A DNA stretch of 64,000 nucleotides from an uncultured Desulfobacter sp. (GTDB lineage: Bacteria; Desulfobacterota; Desulfobacteria; Desulfobacterales; Desulfobacteraceae), in NCBI RefSeq assembly GCF_963664415.2, contig NZ_CAXXPY010000004.1, forward strand, positions 415,742-479,741. The letters run 5' to 3'. The translations under genes were made by a program, and so were the position numbers. Under the pieces are notes generated by a model that saw only the letters and a list, made by a program, of their open reading frames with translations, did not search any database and was not told the DNA's origin. Of this stretch, positions 27,864-38,154 are shown in pieces (the first letter of the stretch is position 1; the number at the start of each line of letters is the position of its first letter).

Positions 27864-30521
27864 ATGGTCAAAAAAAAACAAACACCCATGATGGCTCAAT
27901 ATCTGGCCATCAAAGAAACCTGTCAGGACGCCATACTTTTTTACCGAATGGGGGACTTTTATGAGATGTTTCTCGAGGATGCCGTTAAGGCAGCCGGCAT
28001 CCTTGAAATCGCATTAACCTCCCGGAATAAAAACGACCCCGAACCCGTTCCCATGTGTGGTGTGCCTTACAAGGCAGCCGATCTTTATATTGCCAAACTC
28101 ATTGCAAAGGGCTGTAAGGTCGCGGTGTGTGAGCAGGTGGAGGACCCCTCCCAGGCCAAGGGGCTTGTCAAACGCGAAATTATCCGGGTCATCACCCCAG
28201 GCATGGTCCTCAACGATTCCCTTCTGGACCGGGGAACCAACAACTTTTTGGTTGCACTCTCCAAAACATCCGAGCACGCAGGTCTTGCCTGCATTGACAT
28301 CTCCACAGGCAGCTTTACCACCTGCCAGGTAAAACGAACTTCGGGGGGCATCCCATACACTCTTTTAGACGAAGCCTTAAAACTGTCCCCCAAAGAGGTG
28401 CTTCTACCGGACAGCTTCAAGTCCGATCCGGCCATGGCCGTCATCAGGAAAACATTTTCCCATGTTGAAATCACTTATCTGGACAACTATACGTTCCGCT
28501 CTGACAATGCCCGGCAGCTTCTGACAGAACAATTTGCCACCCGCAGCCTCGAAGGATTCGGCATTGAACGTATGCCGGCCTGCATCTCTGCCGCAGGCGC
28601 CGCCATATCCTATGTGCGAGATACACAGTTGGCGGACACCAACCATATTTATAAAATCAATTCATATAACCTTAATGACTTTATGGTTATTGATGACAGG
28701 TCCTGCAAAAACCTTGAGCTGCTGACCAATATCCAGACCCAGAGCCCCAAAGGCTCTTTGATTCACATTCTGGATAAAACTGTCACGGCCATGGGCGGCA
28801 GGCTGATTAAACAGTGGATCAGATACCCTTTGGTGGACAAAGCCCTGATACAACAGCGACTTGGTGCGATAGAAGAACTAATTGGCGCACCCGCCGCCCA
28901 CCAGGCACTCGGCGACCTGCTTAAATCCGTATATGATCTTGAACGGTTGGGCTCTCGCATTTCCATGGGTCAGGGCAATGCCCGGGACATGCTTTCCCTT
29001 AAAAATTCGCTGTCTGTGCTGCCGGACTTGTTCAAGGAGATCAAAGCATTTGAAAGCCCGATCCTCAACGGTGAAGGCTTGGACGAAAAACAGTCCTTGG
29101 TTCAGGAATTAGAAGCGCTGGCCCAATTGATCAGCAAAGCCATCCGGGAAGATGCCGTTCATGTGCTCAACGAAGGCAACCTGATCAATGACGGATACAG
29201 CCCGGAACTGGACGAGCTTTTAGCGATCACCCGGGACGGGAAATCCTGGATTGCAAAAACAGAGAAGAAAGAAAAGGAAAATACAGGGCTCTCCTCGCTC
29301 AAAATTAAATACAATAAGGTGTTCGGGTATTTCATTGAAGTATCCAAAGCGCAGTCTGCCCAGGTACCTGACCACTATATCCGGAAACAGACCCTTGTTA
29401 ATGCCGAGCGGTTTATCACCCAGGACATGAAAGCGGTGGAAGATACCATATTCAATGCCCAGGAACGCCGAAACGCCCTGGAATATGAAATTTTCTGCAC
29501 GGTCAGAGAGAAAGTGGCCCAACGGGCAAAGGATATTCTGACCATGGCGCAGTTTGTTGCCGCCGTCGACGTGGTCCAGGGACTTGCCAGGGCTGCCGTT
29601 GAAAATGCCTATGTAAAGCCTAAGATCAATGATGACCGCTGCATTGATATCCAGGACGGCAGGCACCCGGTGGTGGAAAAACTCATCCAGGGGGAACGGT
29701 ATGTGCCCAATTCCATTTCCCTCGATGACACCCAGTGTCAGCAGATTCTGATCACCGGGCCCAACATGGCCGGCAAATCCACGGTGCTGCGTCAGGTGGC
29801 CTTAACAGTACTCATGGCCCAAATGGGATCGTTCGTGCCGGCGGCCGCATCTTCCATCTGCATCACCGACCGGATATTCACCCGGGTGGGGGCACTGGAC
29901 AATCTCTCCTCCGGACAGAGTACATTTATGGTTGAGATGGAAGAAACCGCCAATATTGTCAATAATGCCACGGAAAAAAGCCTGGTTATCCTGGATGAAA
30001 TCGGCAGAGGCACATCTACCTACGACGGCATGAGCATTGCCTGGGCCGTGGCCGAGTACCTGCACGACTTGAATGGCAAAGGGGTAAAAACCCTTTTTGC
30101 CACCCATTACCATGAACTGCTCCAGCTTGAAGAGATCAAACCCCGGATCAAAAACTATAATATTGAGGTCAAGGAATTCGATGACAACATTGTGTTTCTT
30201 CGCAGCCTTGTCAAAGGGGGAACCAACCGCAGTTACGGCATCCAGGTGGCACGCCTGGCAGGCGTGCCCGATGATATCATTGACCTTGCCAAATCAGTCC
30301 TGGCATCTGCAGAACACCACCCCATGACACCTGTGCCTTCGGCACGGCCCGTCAAAAAGAAAAAAGGGACTAAAAAAAGAAACACAAGCGGTCAGATGAA
30401 CCTGTTCGGTCCCTCGGACGATGATCTGCGGCAAATGCTGCACAATGTGGATATTGCCCAAATGACTCCCCTTGACGCTTTGAACTTCCTAAATGAACTC
30501 AAAGGCAAGGTTGAGGCATGA
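27864..30521 (+). CDS. mutS: DNA mismatch repair protein MutS
   Basis: TPMMAQYLAIK...FYRMGDFYEMF mismatch-binding motif and Walker A GPNMAGKST. 885 aa. An A9 run occupies codons 2-6. Confidence 0.95.
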   Translation: MVKKKQTPMMAQYLAIKETCQDAILFYRMGDFYEMFLEDAVKAAGILEIALTSRNKNDPEPVPMCGVPYKAADLYIAKLIAKGCKVAVCEQVEDPSQAKGLVKREIIRVITPGMVLNDSLLDRGTNNFLVALSKTSEHAGLACIDISTGSFTTCQVKRTSGGIPYTLLDEALKLSPKEVLLPDSFKSDPAMAVIRKTFSHVEITYLDNYTFRSDNARQLLTEQFATRSLEGFGIERMPACISAAGAAISYVRDTQLADTNHIYKINSYNLNDFMVIDDRSCKNLELLTNIQTQSPKGSLIHILDKTVTAMGGRLIKQWIRYPLVDKALIQQRLGAIEELIGAPAAHQALGDLLKSVYDLERLGSRISMGQGNARDMLSLKNSLSVLPDLFKEIKAFESPILNGEGLDEKQSLVQELEALAQLISKAIREDAVHVLNEGNLINDGYSPELDELLAITRDGKSWIAKTEKKEKENTGLSSLKIKYNKVFGYFIEVSKAQSAQVPDHYIRKQTLVNAERFITQDMKAVEDTIFNAQERRNALEYEIFCTVREKVAQRAKDILTMAQFVAAVDVVQGLARAAVENAYVKPKINDDRCIDIQDGRHPVVEKLIQGERYVPNSISLDDTQCQQILITGPNMAGKSTVLRQVALTVLMAQMGSFVPAAASSICITDRIFTRVGALDNLSSGQSTFMVEMEETANIVNNATEKSLVILDEIGRGTSTYDGMSIAWAVAEYLHDLNGKGVKTLFATHYHELLQLEEIKPRIKNYNIEVKEFDDNIVFLRSLVKGGTNRSYGIQVARLAGVPDDIIDLAKSVLASAEHHPMTPVPSARPVKKKKGTKKRNTSGQMNLFGPSDDDLRQMLHNVDIAQMTPLDALNFLNELKGKVEA

Positions 30522-32329
30522 ATACCGCGCCCAACCGCATATTCAGCGTTATTATTTTGATTCTGACCGGCCTTTGCCTGCTTAGCCGGCCCAATGGGAC
30601 AGCCCTTGCCGCAGATACGGCCAAAGTCAGATACCTGGCAGCAGATACCTGTTTTAAAAAATTGAAACGCTCTTCAGTGGATATAAACAAGGTATCTGCC
30701 TGGCTCAACTGTATTGAAAAATACAAATCCATTCACAGCGACTTTCCCGGAAATTCCTGGGCACCGGCCGGGTTGTATAAAGCTGCAGAGCTCTATTTCC
30801 AGCTTGCCAAAAGATCCGGCAATGCCCACTGGAACAGCCAGGCCGATGATATTATTGCCCGCATCAAGCGGTTTTATCCCCAAAGTGCCTACAGAGCCCG
30901 TGCCCGAACCCTATCTGCAGCACACAGTTCAAGACCCCGTCAAAACGACCGTGACATAAAAACAAAACGCTCCCAAAAAGCATTAACCCGCAATGATAAA
31001 GCCATTGCAGAATATCACAAACAAAAACTGGCCCAGGCCGAGGCGGCAGATACCGGGGAATATCAGCAACCCTCAGATATTGTATCGGATATCATAGAAA
31101 AAAAACACACAGGATACAGCGTATTGCGACCCTGTTGCTGATAAACAAGATGAAACTGATCCGCCGCCCAAGGGAGACACAACAATTACAGACCTACGGT
31201 TCTGGTCTAACCCCGAATACACCAGGGTTGTGGTAAATGCCGACAGTGAGCGAAAATACACCCATAAGCTTTTAAAAAAAGACCCGGTACTGCATGTCCC
31301 TTTCCAAAGACTGTATGTGGACATCGACCAGGCAAGACTTGGGCGCAATGTGCCGGAGCACACGCCCATCAACGATGATCTGCTCAAAACAGGCCCGGGC
31401 CGGCCAATTTGCCCCGCACACCGTCAGGGTAGTGGTGGATATAAAAGATTTTGATAATTATAAAATTTTTTCACTAAAAGACCCGTTCCGCATCGTTATT
31501 GACCTGTGGGGCAAAAATGCTACCGGCCCCATGGACCAGGTTGTCGATGCCGTCCCCGGAACAAAGCCTTTAGATGAAAAGCCGGACCGCGTTACCACAG
31601 ACAATCTGAAATCTTCCGATATTGCCCGCCAGTTGGCTTTGGGTGTTCGAAAAATCGTCATTGACCCCGGCCACGGCGGCAAGGATCCCCGGCGCGCCTG
31701 GATATATTAAAGGCGTATGGGAAAAGGATATTGTACTCAAACTGGCAACGACCCTTGCCGAAAAACTGCGCAGCCGGCTGAACTGCGAGGTATTGCTCAC
31801 CCGGACCACAGACCGAAAATTGACCCTGGAAGAGCGTACCGCCATTGCCAATACCCAGCGGGCTGATCTGTTTATCTCTATGCACTGCAATGCCGCAAAA
31901 AGTAAAAAACTGTCCGGCATAGAAACTTATATCTTGAATCTGGCCACGGACGAACAGGCCATTGCCGTGGCTGCCAGGGAAAACGCCACATCCAAAAAAA
32001 ATATATCGGATCTGGCCTATATCCTCAATGATTTGATGAAGCATGCCAAGATTGAAGAATCCACACGTCTTGCCAATGACGTCCATAAAGCGATGATTAC
32101 AGGCATGAAAAAAAAATACGGCAAAATCCGTGATCTGGGAGTTAAGCAGGCGCCGTTCTATGTACTGCTTGGCGCACGGATGCCTGCAATCCTCATTGAA
32201 TCTTCCTTTATTTCCAACAAAACCGAATGCAAACGCCTGATGACCGACGCCTACCGCAATGACATCTGCAAAACCATTGCCGACGGGATAGAAAAATATA
32301 TCAATGCAACGAATCCCCAGCACATATAA
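30518..32329 (+). pseudogene. N-acetylmuramoyl-L-alanine amidase (signal peptide, TPR-like domain, AMIN, Amidase_3) interrupted by three +1 frameshifts
   Basis: Reading continuity is restored by deleting one base from each of A8 (31098-31105), A4 (31386-31389) and C4 (31687-31690). This gives ...RFWSNPEYTRVVVNAD...INDDLLK|QARAGQFAPHTVRVVVD...IVIDPGHGGKDP|GAPGYIKGVWEKDIVL. The frames run 2, 0, 1, 2. Confidence 0.75.
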
Positions 32330-32412
32330 TTTATATGGAAAGGACATCACCAGGTATCGGTGGACACGCCCCTTGACCGCCCCATAGACAAAAAAGTGCA
32401 AAACCAATAACT

Positions 32413-32480
32413 GCCATAGGCTGACTGACCTGGCCCTATCGACATCCAGGCACAACCCATGACAAAATATGAAACTCAAA
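32413..32480 (+). repeat. copy F (3'-truncated) of the intergenic repeat family
   Basis: GCCATAGGCTGACTGACCTGGCCCTATCGACATCCAGGCACAACCCATGACAAAATATGAAAC aligns with the family consensus. It ends at the RBS of the next gene. Confidence 0.7.
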
Positions 32481-32495
32481 TAAAAGGTGGAATTT

Positions 32496-33284
32496 ATGTC
32501 ATTTGAAAACATTATTCTTGAGATGAACAATGCCATTGCCATGATCTCTTTTAATCGGCCCAAAGCCTTAAATGCGCTGAACAATGCACTGCTTGATGAA
32601 CTTGATGTCGCCTTGGACCAGGTGCTGGCCAATGATGAAATCCGGGTGCTCATTTTAACAGGTACCGGAGACAAATCCTTTGTAGCAGGTGCAGATATCT
32701 CAGAACTGACCCAAATGGACGCATTGGCAGCAAAATACTTCTCCCGCAAAGGCCAGAAAATATTCTCCAAAATTGAAGCCCTGCCCTTCCCGGCCATAGC
32801 AGCCGTAAACGGGTTTGCCCTGGGCGGCGGCAGTGAAGTTGCCCTGGCCTGTGATTTTATCTATGCTTCGGAAAAAGCGATATTTGGACTGCCCGAAATC
32901 AACCTGGGCCTGATTCCCGGTTTTGGCGGAACCCAGCGCCTTTCCAGGGTTGTGGGAAAAAACAGGGCCAAGGAGATGATTTTCACCGGAAGCAATATTA
33001 CTGCTGACAAAGCCCTGGAATATGGTATGGTTAACCAGGTGTGCCCCCATGAATCGCTTATGGACGAGGTCAAAAAAACAGCCCAACGCATTGCCGCCAA
33101 AGGATGTGTTTCCTTAAGAGCCGCGAAAGAAGCTGTACAGGCAGGACTGGGTTGCGACCTTGAAACCGGATGTCTGATTGAAAATGACGCCTTTGCCATA
33201 GCCTTTGCAAGCGCGGATGCCAAAGAAGGCACATCCGCATTTCTGGAAAAAAGAAAACCTGTATTCGAAGGTGCACTTAAGTAA
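32496..33284 (+). CDS. enoyl-CoA hydratase/isomerase (crotonase family)
   Basis: ISFNRPKALNAL...FVAGADISEL...VNGFALGGGSEVALACDF. The ATG at 32496 follows aaaggtgg. Confidence 0.85.
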   Translation: MSFENIILEMNNAIAMISFNRPKALNALNNALLDELDVALDQVLANDEIRVLILTGTGDKSFVAGADISELTQMDALAAKYFSRKGQKIFSKIEALPFPAIAAVNGFALGGGSEVALACDFIYASEKAIFGLPEINLGLIPGFGGTQRLSRVVGKNRAKEMIFTGSNITADKALEYGMVNQVCPHESLMDEVKKTAQRIAAKGCVSLRAAKEAVQAGLGCDLETGCLIENDAFAIAFASADAKEGTSAFLEKRKPVFEGALK

Positions 33285-33335
33285 ATCCTGAGCATAAATA
33301 CGTATTTGGACGATACCTTGTCTAAATATAAAAGG

Positions 33336-33391
33336 CATAAAAATTTACAACCGGCCAATACTATAGTATGTGAGGATTGTAAATTTTTATG
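33336..33391. repeat. perfect 15-bp inverted repeat with a 26-nt spacer upstream of paaK
   Basis: cataaaaatttacaa (33336-33350) and ttgtaaatttttatg (33377-33391). Confidence 0.9.
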
Positions 33392-33448
33392 CAAGGCCGC
33401 AGAGGAATGATTTTGCGTCCAAACAACAGATAACCAGGGAGATGAAAC

Positions 33449-34753
33449 ATGCCCATATACGACATTGACTATGAGACTATGCCCAGGGAAGGCCTGGAGG
33501 CGATCCAGCTTCGCCGCCTCCAAACCACCATTGAGCGAATATATGCCACAGTTCCTTTTTACAAGGAGACCTATGACAAGGCCGGGATTAAGCCCTCTGA
33601 CATAAAAAGCCTGGATGACTTAAGGCGTCTGCCTTTTACCACCAAGCAGGATCTTCGGGACAACTACCCTTACCGCATGTTCGCGGTTCCCATGGAACAG
33701 GTGGTCCGCATCCACGCATCCTCAGGGACCACGGGTAAACCCACAGTTGTCGGCTACACAAAACGGGATATCAGCACCTGGGCCGACCTGATGGCCAGAA
33801 GCATGGCTGCCGCCGGCGGCACGCCGGGAGACATCATCCACAATGCCTGGGGCTATGGTCTTTTCACTGGGGGCCTTGGCGCCCACTATGGGGCAGAGCG
33901 TCTAGGTGCATCGGTTATTCCTGTTTCCGGCGGTAATACCAAACGCCAGATTACTATTATGCAGGATTTTAAACCCACAATTCTATGCGGTACGCCATCT
34001 TATATTCTCCATCTGGCTGAAGTGGCAGATGAAATGGGGGTGGATTTCAAAAAGTTGTCTTTTAAATCCGGTATCTTCGGTGCAGAACCTTGGACAGAAA
34101 GAATGCGCCAGGAACTGGAAGCCAAACTCAATCTCAAGGCCGTGGACATTTACGGCCTGTCTGAAGTCATGGGGCCGGGTGTATCCGTAGAGTGTGTTGA
34201 AGAACAAAAAGGCCTTCATATTGCCGAGGATCATTTTATTGTGGAAATCGTAGACCCGGATACCCTGGAACCTGTTCCGCCCGGAGACTCCGGTGAAATC
34301 GTGTTTACTTCCATTACCAAAGAAGCCTTCCCGGTCATCCGTTACCGCACCAAGGATATCACCTCCTTGAATCCGGTGCCCTGCACATGCGGCAGGACCC
34401 ACATCAGGATGAACAAACCCACAGGTCGTACGGATGATATGCTTATCATCCGGGGCGTCAACGTATTCCCCTCCCAGATTGAAAGCGTTCTTATGGAAAG
34501 CCGGGAAATCGCACCCCATTATCAACTCGTCGTAGACCGGGTGGATAACCTGGACACCTTGACAGTCAAGGTGGAAATCGACGAATCCTCATTTAGCGAT
34601 GACATCAAGGGCCTACAGACCATGGAGGGTAAAATTTCCCACGATATCAAGGAGCACTTAGGCGTATCTGCCAAAGTGTCCCTTGTGGAACCTAAAACCA
34701 TAGAAAGAAGCCAGGGTAAGGCTGTCAGGGTTATAGATAACCGCCAATTTTAA
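33449..34753 (+). CDS. paaK: phenylacetate-CoA ligase family protein
   Basis: [21 protein letters not shown]-binding motif and the typical PaaK N-terminus [14 protein letters not shown]. 434 aa. Confidence 0.9.
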   Translation: MPIYDIDYETMPREGLEAIQLRRLQTTIERIYATVPFYKETYDKAGIKPSDIKSLDDLRRLPFTTKQDLRDNYPYRMFAVPMEQVVRIHASSGTTGKPTVVGYTKRDISTWADLMARSMAAAGGTPGDIIHNAWGYGLFTGGLGAHYGAERLGASVIPVSGGNTKRQITIMQDFKPTILCGTPSYILHLAEVADEMGVDFKKLSFKSGIFGAEPWTERMRQELEAKLNLKAVDIYGLSEVMGPGVSVECVEEQKGLHIAEDHFIVEIVDPDTLEPVPPGDSGEIVFTSITKEAFPVIRYRTKDITSLNPVPCTCGRTHIRMNKPTGRTDDMLIIRGVNVFPSQIESVLMESREIAPHYQLVVDRVDNLDTLTVKVEIDESSFSDDIKGLQTMEGKISHDIKEHLGVSAKVSLVEPKTIERSQGKAVRVIDNRQF

Positions 34754-34767
34754 CCAAGGAGACTATT

Positions 34768-35196
34768 ATGGCTGAACAGATATCCATATTCATAGAAAAT
34801 AAAGAAGGGCGTCTTGCTGAAGTCACTGCCATTTTAAGGGATGCCGGGGTAAATATACGGGCGCTTTCCCTGGCAGACACCACGGATTTTGGTGTACTGC
34901 GGCTGATTGTCAATGAGAATGAAAAAGCCACGGCAGCCCTGCGGGATCAGGGATTTACCGTAGGCAAAACCCGTGTTCTGGCAGTGGAAGTGAACGATGA
35001 ACCCGGCGGCCTGAACCGGGTATTGGATCCTTTAAGTGAACAAGGGGTTAACGTGGAATACATGTACGCATTTGCCAACCCCCAATGCAAAAACGCCATC
35101 ATGATTTTCCGCTTTGATGACATTGAGAAAGCAAAAATTATTTTAGCACAACAGGGCATTAAGGTTATCGATAAAGAGGAAATCTCAAACCTTTAA
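34768..35196 (+). CDS. tandem ACT-domain protein
   Basis: ISIFIENKEGRLAEVTAILRDAGVNIRALSL is an ACT fold signature. This is the usual partner of PaaK-type ligases in anaerobes. Confidence 0.8.
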   Translation: MAEQISIFIENKEGRLAEVTAILRDAGVNIRALSLADTTDFGVLRLIVNENEKATAALRDQGFTVGKTRVLAVEVNDEPGGLNRVLDPLSEQGVNVEYMYAFANPQCKNAIMIFRFDDIEKAKIILAQQGIKVIDKEEISNL

Positions 35197-35404
35197 AGGA
35201 TCTATCCATAAATAGTGTCTACACCTCCCTTTTTTTCGGCACCGGATCAAAACAGTGTTCCGGTGCCGAAAAACAATCAAAAATTTTAAAAATCCCTCCC
35301 ACGCCATATTCTTTGCATTCAGATAATGTTATACTACAGAAAGTCTTAACTTGTGACTGAGACAAAAAAACAACGCAGACATTTCGCAGCGAATTAGAAA
35401 AACT

Positions 35405-37261
35405 ATGCAAGAAGATTCCTTTCAAAATAAAATTATAGCCTCGCTGATTGATGCCGGTATCCTCACGCCCGAAAAGGCGAAAATGGCCGAACGGGTTAAA
35501 TCCAAATTGTCTTCTGAAAAAACGATCATCAATGTCCTCAAAGAGCTTAACTACATCACGGACAAACAACTTAAAAAGGTACTGCGCCAGAACCATTTCG
35601 CTCTCAGGATCGGAGATCTGCTGGTTGAACTCGGGTATTTGACCCAGGAAAAGCTCAAGGCGGCCCTGGATATCCAGTCCAGAGAAGAGGGCAAACAGTT
35701 GGGGCAAATCATTATAGAGCACCAGTTCATGAGTGAGCATGACTTTTTAGAGGTTCTCTCTGTTCAACTCGGATTCCCTTTTGTCAATCTGTCTGTTGAT
35801 GATCTCGATTCGGAGCTTCTGAATCAGGCCCCCATAAAATGGTGCCACTCAAACCTCTTTCTTCCTGTCAACAAAGAGGATGGCCGCGTCATCGTTGCCT
35901 TTGCCGATCCCTTTAATCAGACCAGTATTAATAATGCTAAAAAACTTTACGGGGAGAAGATGGAGATAGCCATCTCTTCCCCCGGGGTGATTGACCGTCT
36001 TCTGGAACATCTGGTGTCCGGCCGGAAGTCCCATCAGGAGATTGACGAAAACACGGCCATGGGCATCGTGGAGGCCATCATTTCTGCCGGTATCACGGCA
36101 GGGGCTTCAGATATCCATATTGAACCCCTTAAAGACAGGCTCCAGGTTAAATTCAGAATTGACGGGATACTATTGTTTCATCGGGAGTTACCACCTGAAT
36201 CCACCGCCATGGTTACAGCACGGATCAAAGTACTTGCCAAGGCCGATATTGCTGAAAAAAGGCGGCATCAGGACGGTCGAATGAGCTTTGACCACAAGGG
36301 CAACGTCTATGATCTGAGAGCTTCATTTTACGCTGCCGTATTTGGGGAAAAGGTAGTCCTGCGAATTCTCAACCGTATTGACCAGATTATTCCCATAGAA
36401 GAGATCGGAATGTCTCCCAGGGTGCTCACCCGATACATTCGCGATGTACTGGGGGTACCTTCCGGAGTCTTGATCATTACAGGCCCCACAGGCTCGGGAA
36501 AGACCACCACCTTGTATTCCTCCATCAAACACATTAAAAAACCTGAAATCAGCATCATTACAGCAGAAGACCCTGTGGAATTTGTAATGGAAGGAATTAC
36601 CCAGTGCTCCATCAACCCAAACATTAACCTGACCTATGAGGAAACCCTGCGACATGTGGTCCGCCAAGATCCAGACGTCATCGTCATTGGGGAAATTCGG
36701 GATAACTATTCGGCTGAAGTGGCCGTCCATGCGGCTCTGACCGGCCACAAGGTACTCACCTCTTTTCACACCGAAGACAGCATCTCCGGGCTGATCCGGC
36801 TAATGAACATGAATATTGAAGCCTTTTTGATTTCCTCCACCGTAGTCTGTGTCTTGTCCCAGCGGCTGCTGAGAAAGGTATGCCGCCACTGCAGCCAACC
36901 TTACAAGCCCTCCGGCGGAGAACTTAAACTGCTTAACTTTATCCCCCAGGACATTTCCCAATACAATTTCTGTAAAGGAACCGGGTGCCGAAACTGCAAC
37001 TATACCGGGTACAGGGGAAGAGTAGCGGTGTTTGAGATGCTTGTCCTTAATGAAAAGGTCAGAGAAGCCATTTTGGACCACAAATCCACCTTTGACATCA
37101 GAAAAATAAGCCTTGAGACCACCAACTTGGTAACCCTGATGGAAGATGCCTTATCCAAGGCAGCGGATGGTATAACCACGTTGGACGAAATATTCAGATG
37201 CGTCCCCAGGTTAATTCCCCCACGATCTATCCAGGCTATTAAACGCCTGTCAGGAATTTAA
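35405..37261 (+). CDS. GspE/PilB-family secretion ATPase with MshEN-type N-terminal domain
   Basis: Walker A GPTGSGKTTT, Asp box, His box, and a C-terminal tetracysteine CRHC...CRNC. The N-terminal RIGDLLVELGYLTQEKLKAALDIQ matches the 24-residue MshEN motif. Confidence 0.85.
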   Translation: MQEDSFQNKIIASLIDAGILTPEKAKMAERVKSKLSSEKTIINVLKELNYITDKQLKKVLRQNHFALRIGDLLVELGYLTQEKLKAALDIQSREEGKQLGQIIIEHQFMSEHDFLEVLSVQLGFPFVNLSVDDLDSELLNQAPIKWCHSNLFLPVNKEDGRVIVAFADPFNQTSINNAKKLYGEKMEIAISSPGVIDRLLEHLVSGRKSHQEIDENTAMGIVEAIISAGITAGASDIHIEPLKDRLQVKFRIDGILLFHRELPPESTAMVTARIKVLAKADIAEKRRHQDGRMSFDHKGNVYDLRASFYAAVFGEKVVLRILNRIDQIIPIEEIGMSPRVLTRYIRDVLGVPSGVLIITGPTGSGKTTTLYSSIKHIKKPEISIITAEDPVEFVMEGITQCSINPNINLTYEETLRHVVRQDPDVIVIGEIRDNYSAEVAVHAALTGHKVLTSFHTEDSISGLIRLMNMNIEAFLISSTVVCVLSQRLLRKVCRHCSQPYKPSGGELKLLNFIPQDISQYNFCKGTGCRNCNYTGYRGRVAVFEMLVLNEKVREAILDHKSTFDIRKISLETTNLVTLMEDALSKAADGITTLDEIFRCVPRLIPPRSIQAIKRLSGI

Positions 37262-37263
37262 AA

Positions 37264-38109
37264 ATGAACCCAAAAGCGTCCATTCTGGAGACCCTTAGAG
37301 AATATATTTCAAATCAGAAAAACTTTCCCGTGCTTCACCCTGATGCGGCTACAATCCAGGATGAAATCACCAAAAAAGATCCGGAATTATCCCGGGTCAA
37401 ACAACTAATTATCAAAGACCCCACCCTGACAGGAGAGATTCTCAAGGTAGCCAACTCGTCTTATTACAAAGGGTTAGGAGAGGTTTCCACCATCAAGGAA
37501 GCCGCCCTTCGTTTAGGGCAGGATGAATTGTTTAACATTGTCATACAGGTCATTCTCCGCAAAAATTTTTCTTCCAATACGCCCATGATCAAGGAACGCC
37601 AGGATAAATTGTGGGCCCACTGCGTGGCAACGGCCTTTGCCACTTTGTGGTTATGCCGCCACCTAAAACTTTCGGATCTAATCCCCAAGGCCTTTATTGC
37701 AGGGCTGCTCCACGATATTGGCAAGCTTTGCCTTTTATCCGCCATTGAGCAGTTCATGACCGCTGAAAAGGACAATGCCAAACTCACCCCGGATCTGGTG
37801 GAAAAAATCCTGGTCAACCTTCACGAAAAACAGGGATTTGCCCTGTTATCGGCCTGGCATCTGCCGGACATTTACTGCAGGATTGCCCGAGACCACCACA
37901 TTGATGAGTATGAAGAATCAGATACCCTCCTGGTGGTCGTACGACTGGCCGATATGGTGTGCCACAAGATGGACGCCAATAATCCCCAAGAAGACTTAAC
38001 CTTTATCATGGGGTCCAGAGAAACAGATATCCTTGGGATAAAAGAGACCAGCATTGCTCTGCTGGAAATCGCAATGGAAGATGCGGGTCTGGCGAAGCCA
38101 CCATCTTAA
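37264..38109 (+). CDS. HDOD-domain protein
   Basis: LLHDIGKLCLL and IARDHH are typical of HDOD. It starts 3 nt after the ATPase stop. Confidence 0.8.
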   Translation: MNPKASILETLREYISNQKNFPVLHPDAATIQDEITKKDPELSRVKQLIIKDPTLTGEILKVANSSYYKGLGEVSTIKEAALRLGQDELFNIVIQVILRKNFSSNTPMIKERQDKLWAHCVATAFATLWLCRHLKLSDLIPKAFIAGLLHDIGKLCLLSAIEQFMTAEKDNAKLTPDLVEKILVNLHEKQGFALLSAWHLPDIYCRIARDHHIDEYEESDTLLVVVRLADMVCHKMDANNPQEDLTFIMGSRETDILGIKETSIALLEIAMEDAGLAKPPS

Positions 38110-38154
38110 ATTTAGATTTTCGCGATAAACGCTACCGTTTAGATATGATTGTCC

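Noticed and set aside
31658-32797. 379-aa ORF on the minus strand
   Set aside because: It lies antisense to the clearly homologous Amidase_3 domain and to the crotonase start. Its sequence is low-complexity, with no SD and no motif. It is treated as a shadow ORF.
32861-33523. 220-aa minus-strand ORF
   Set aside because: It is antisense to the crotonase 3' half and the paaK 5' end. No motifs were found. It is a shadow ORF.
35232-35273. Terminator after the ACT-domain gene (stem ttcggcaccgga / tccggtgccgaa)
   Set aside because: The T-run is upstream and the A-run downstream of the stem, so on either strand the hairpin is followed by A residues rather than a U-tract. It is recorded only as a 15-bp hairpin of unknown role.
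35219-35740. 173-aa minus-strand ORF
   Set aside because: It is antisense to the N-terminal MshEN-like repeats of the GspE-type ATPase and runs into the intergenic hairpin. No motif was found.
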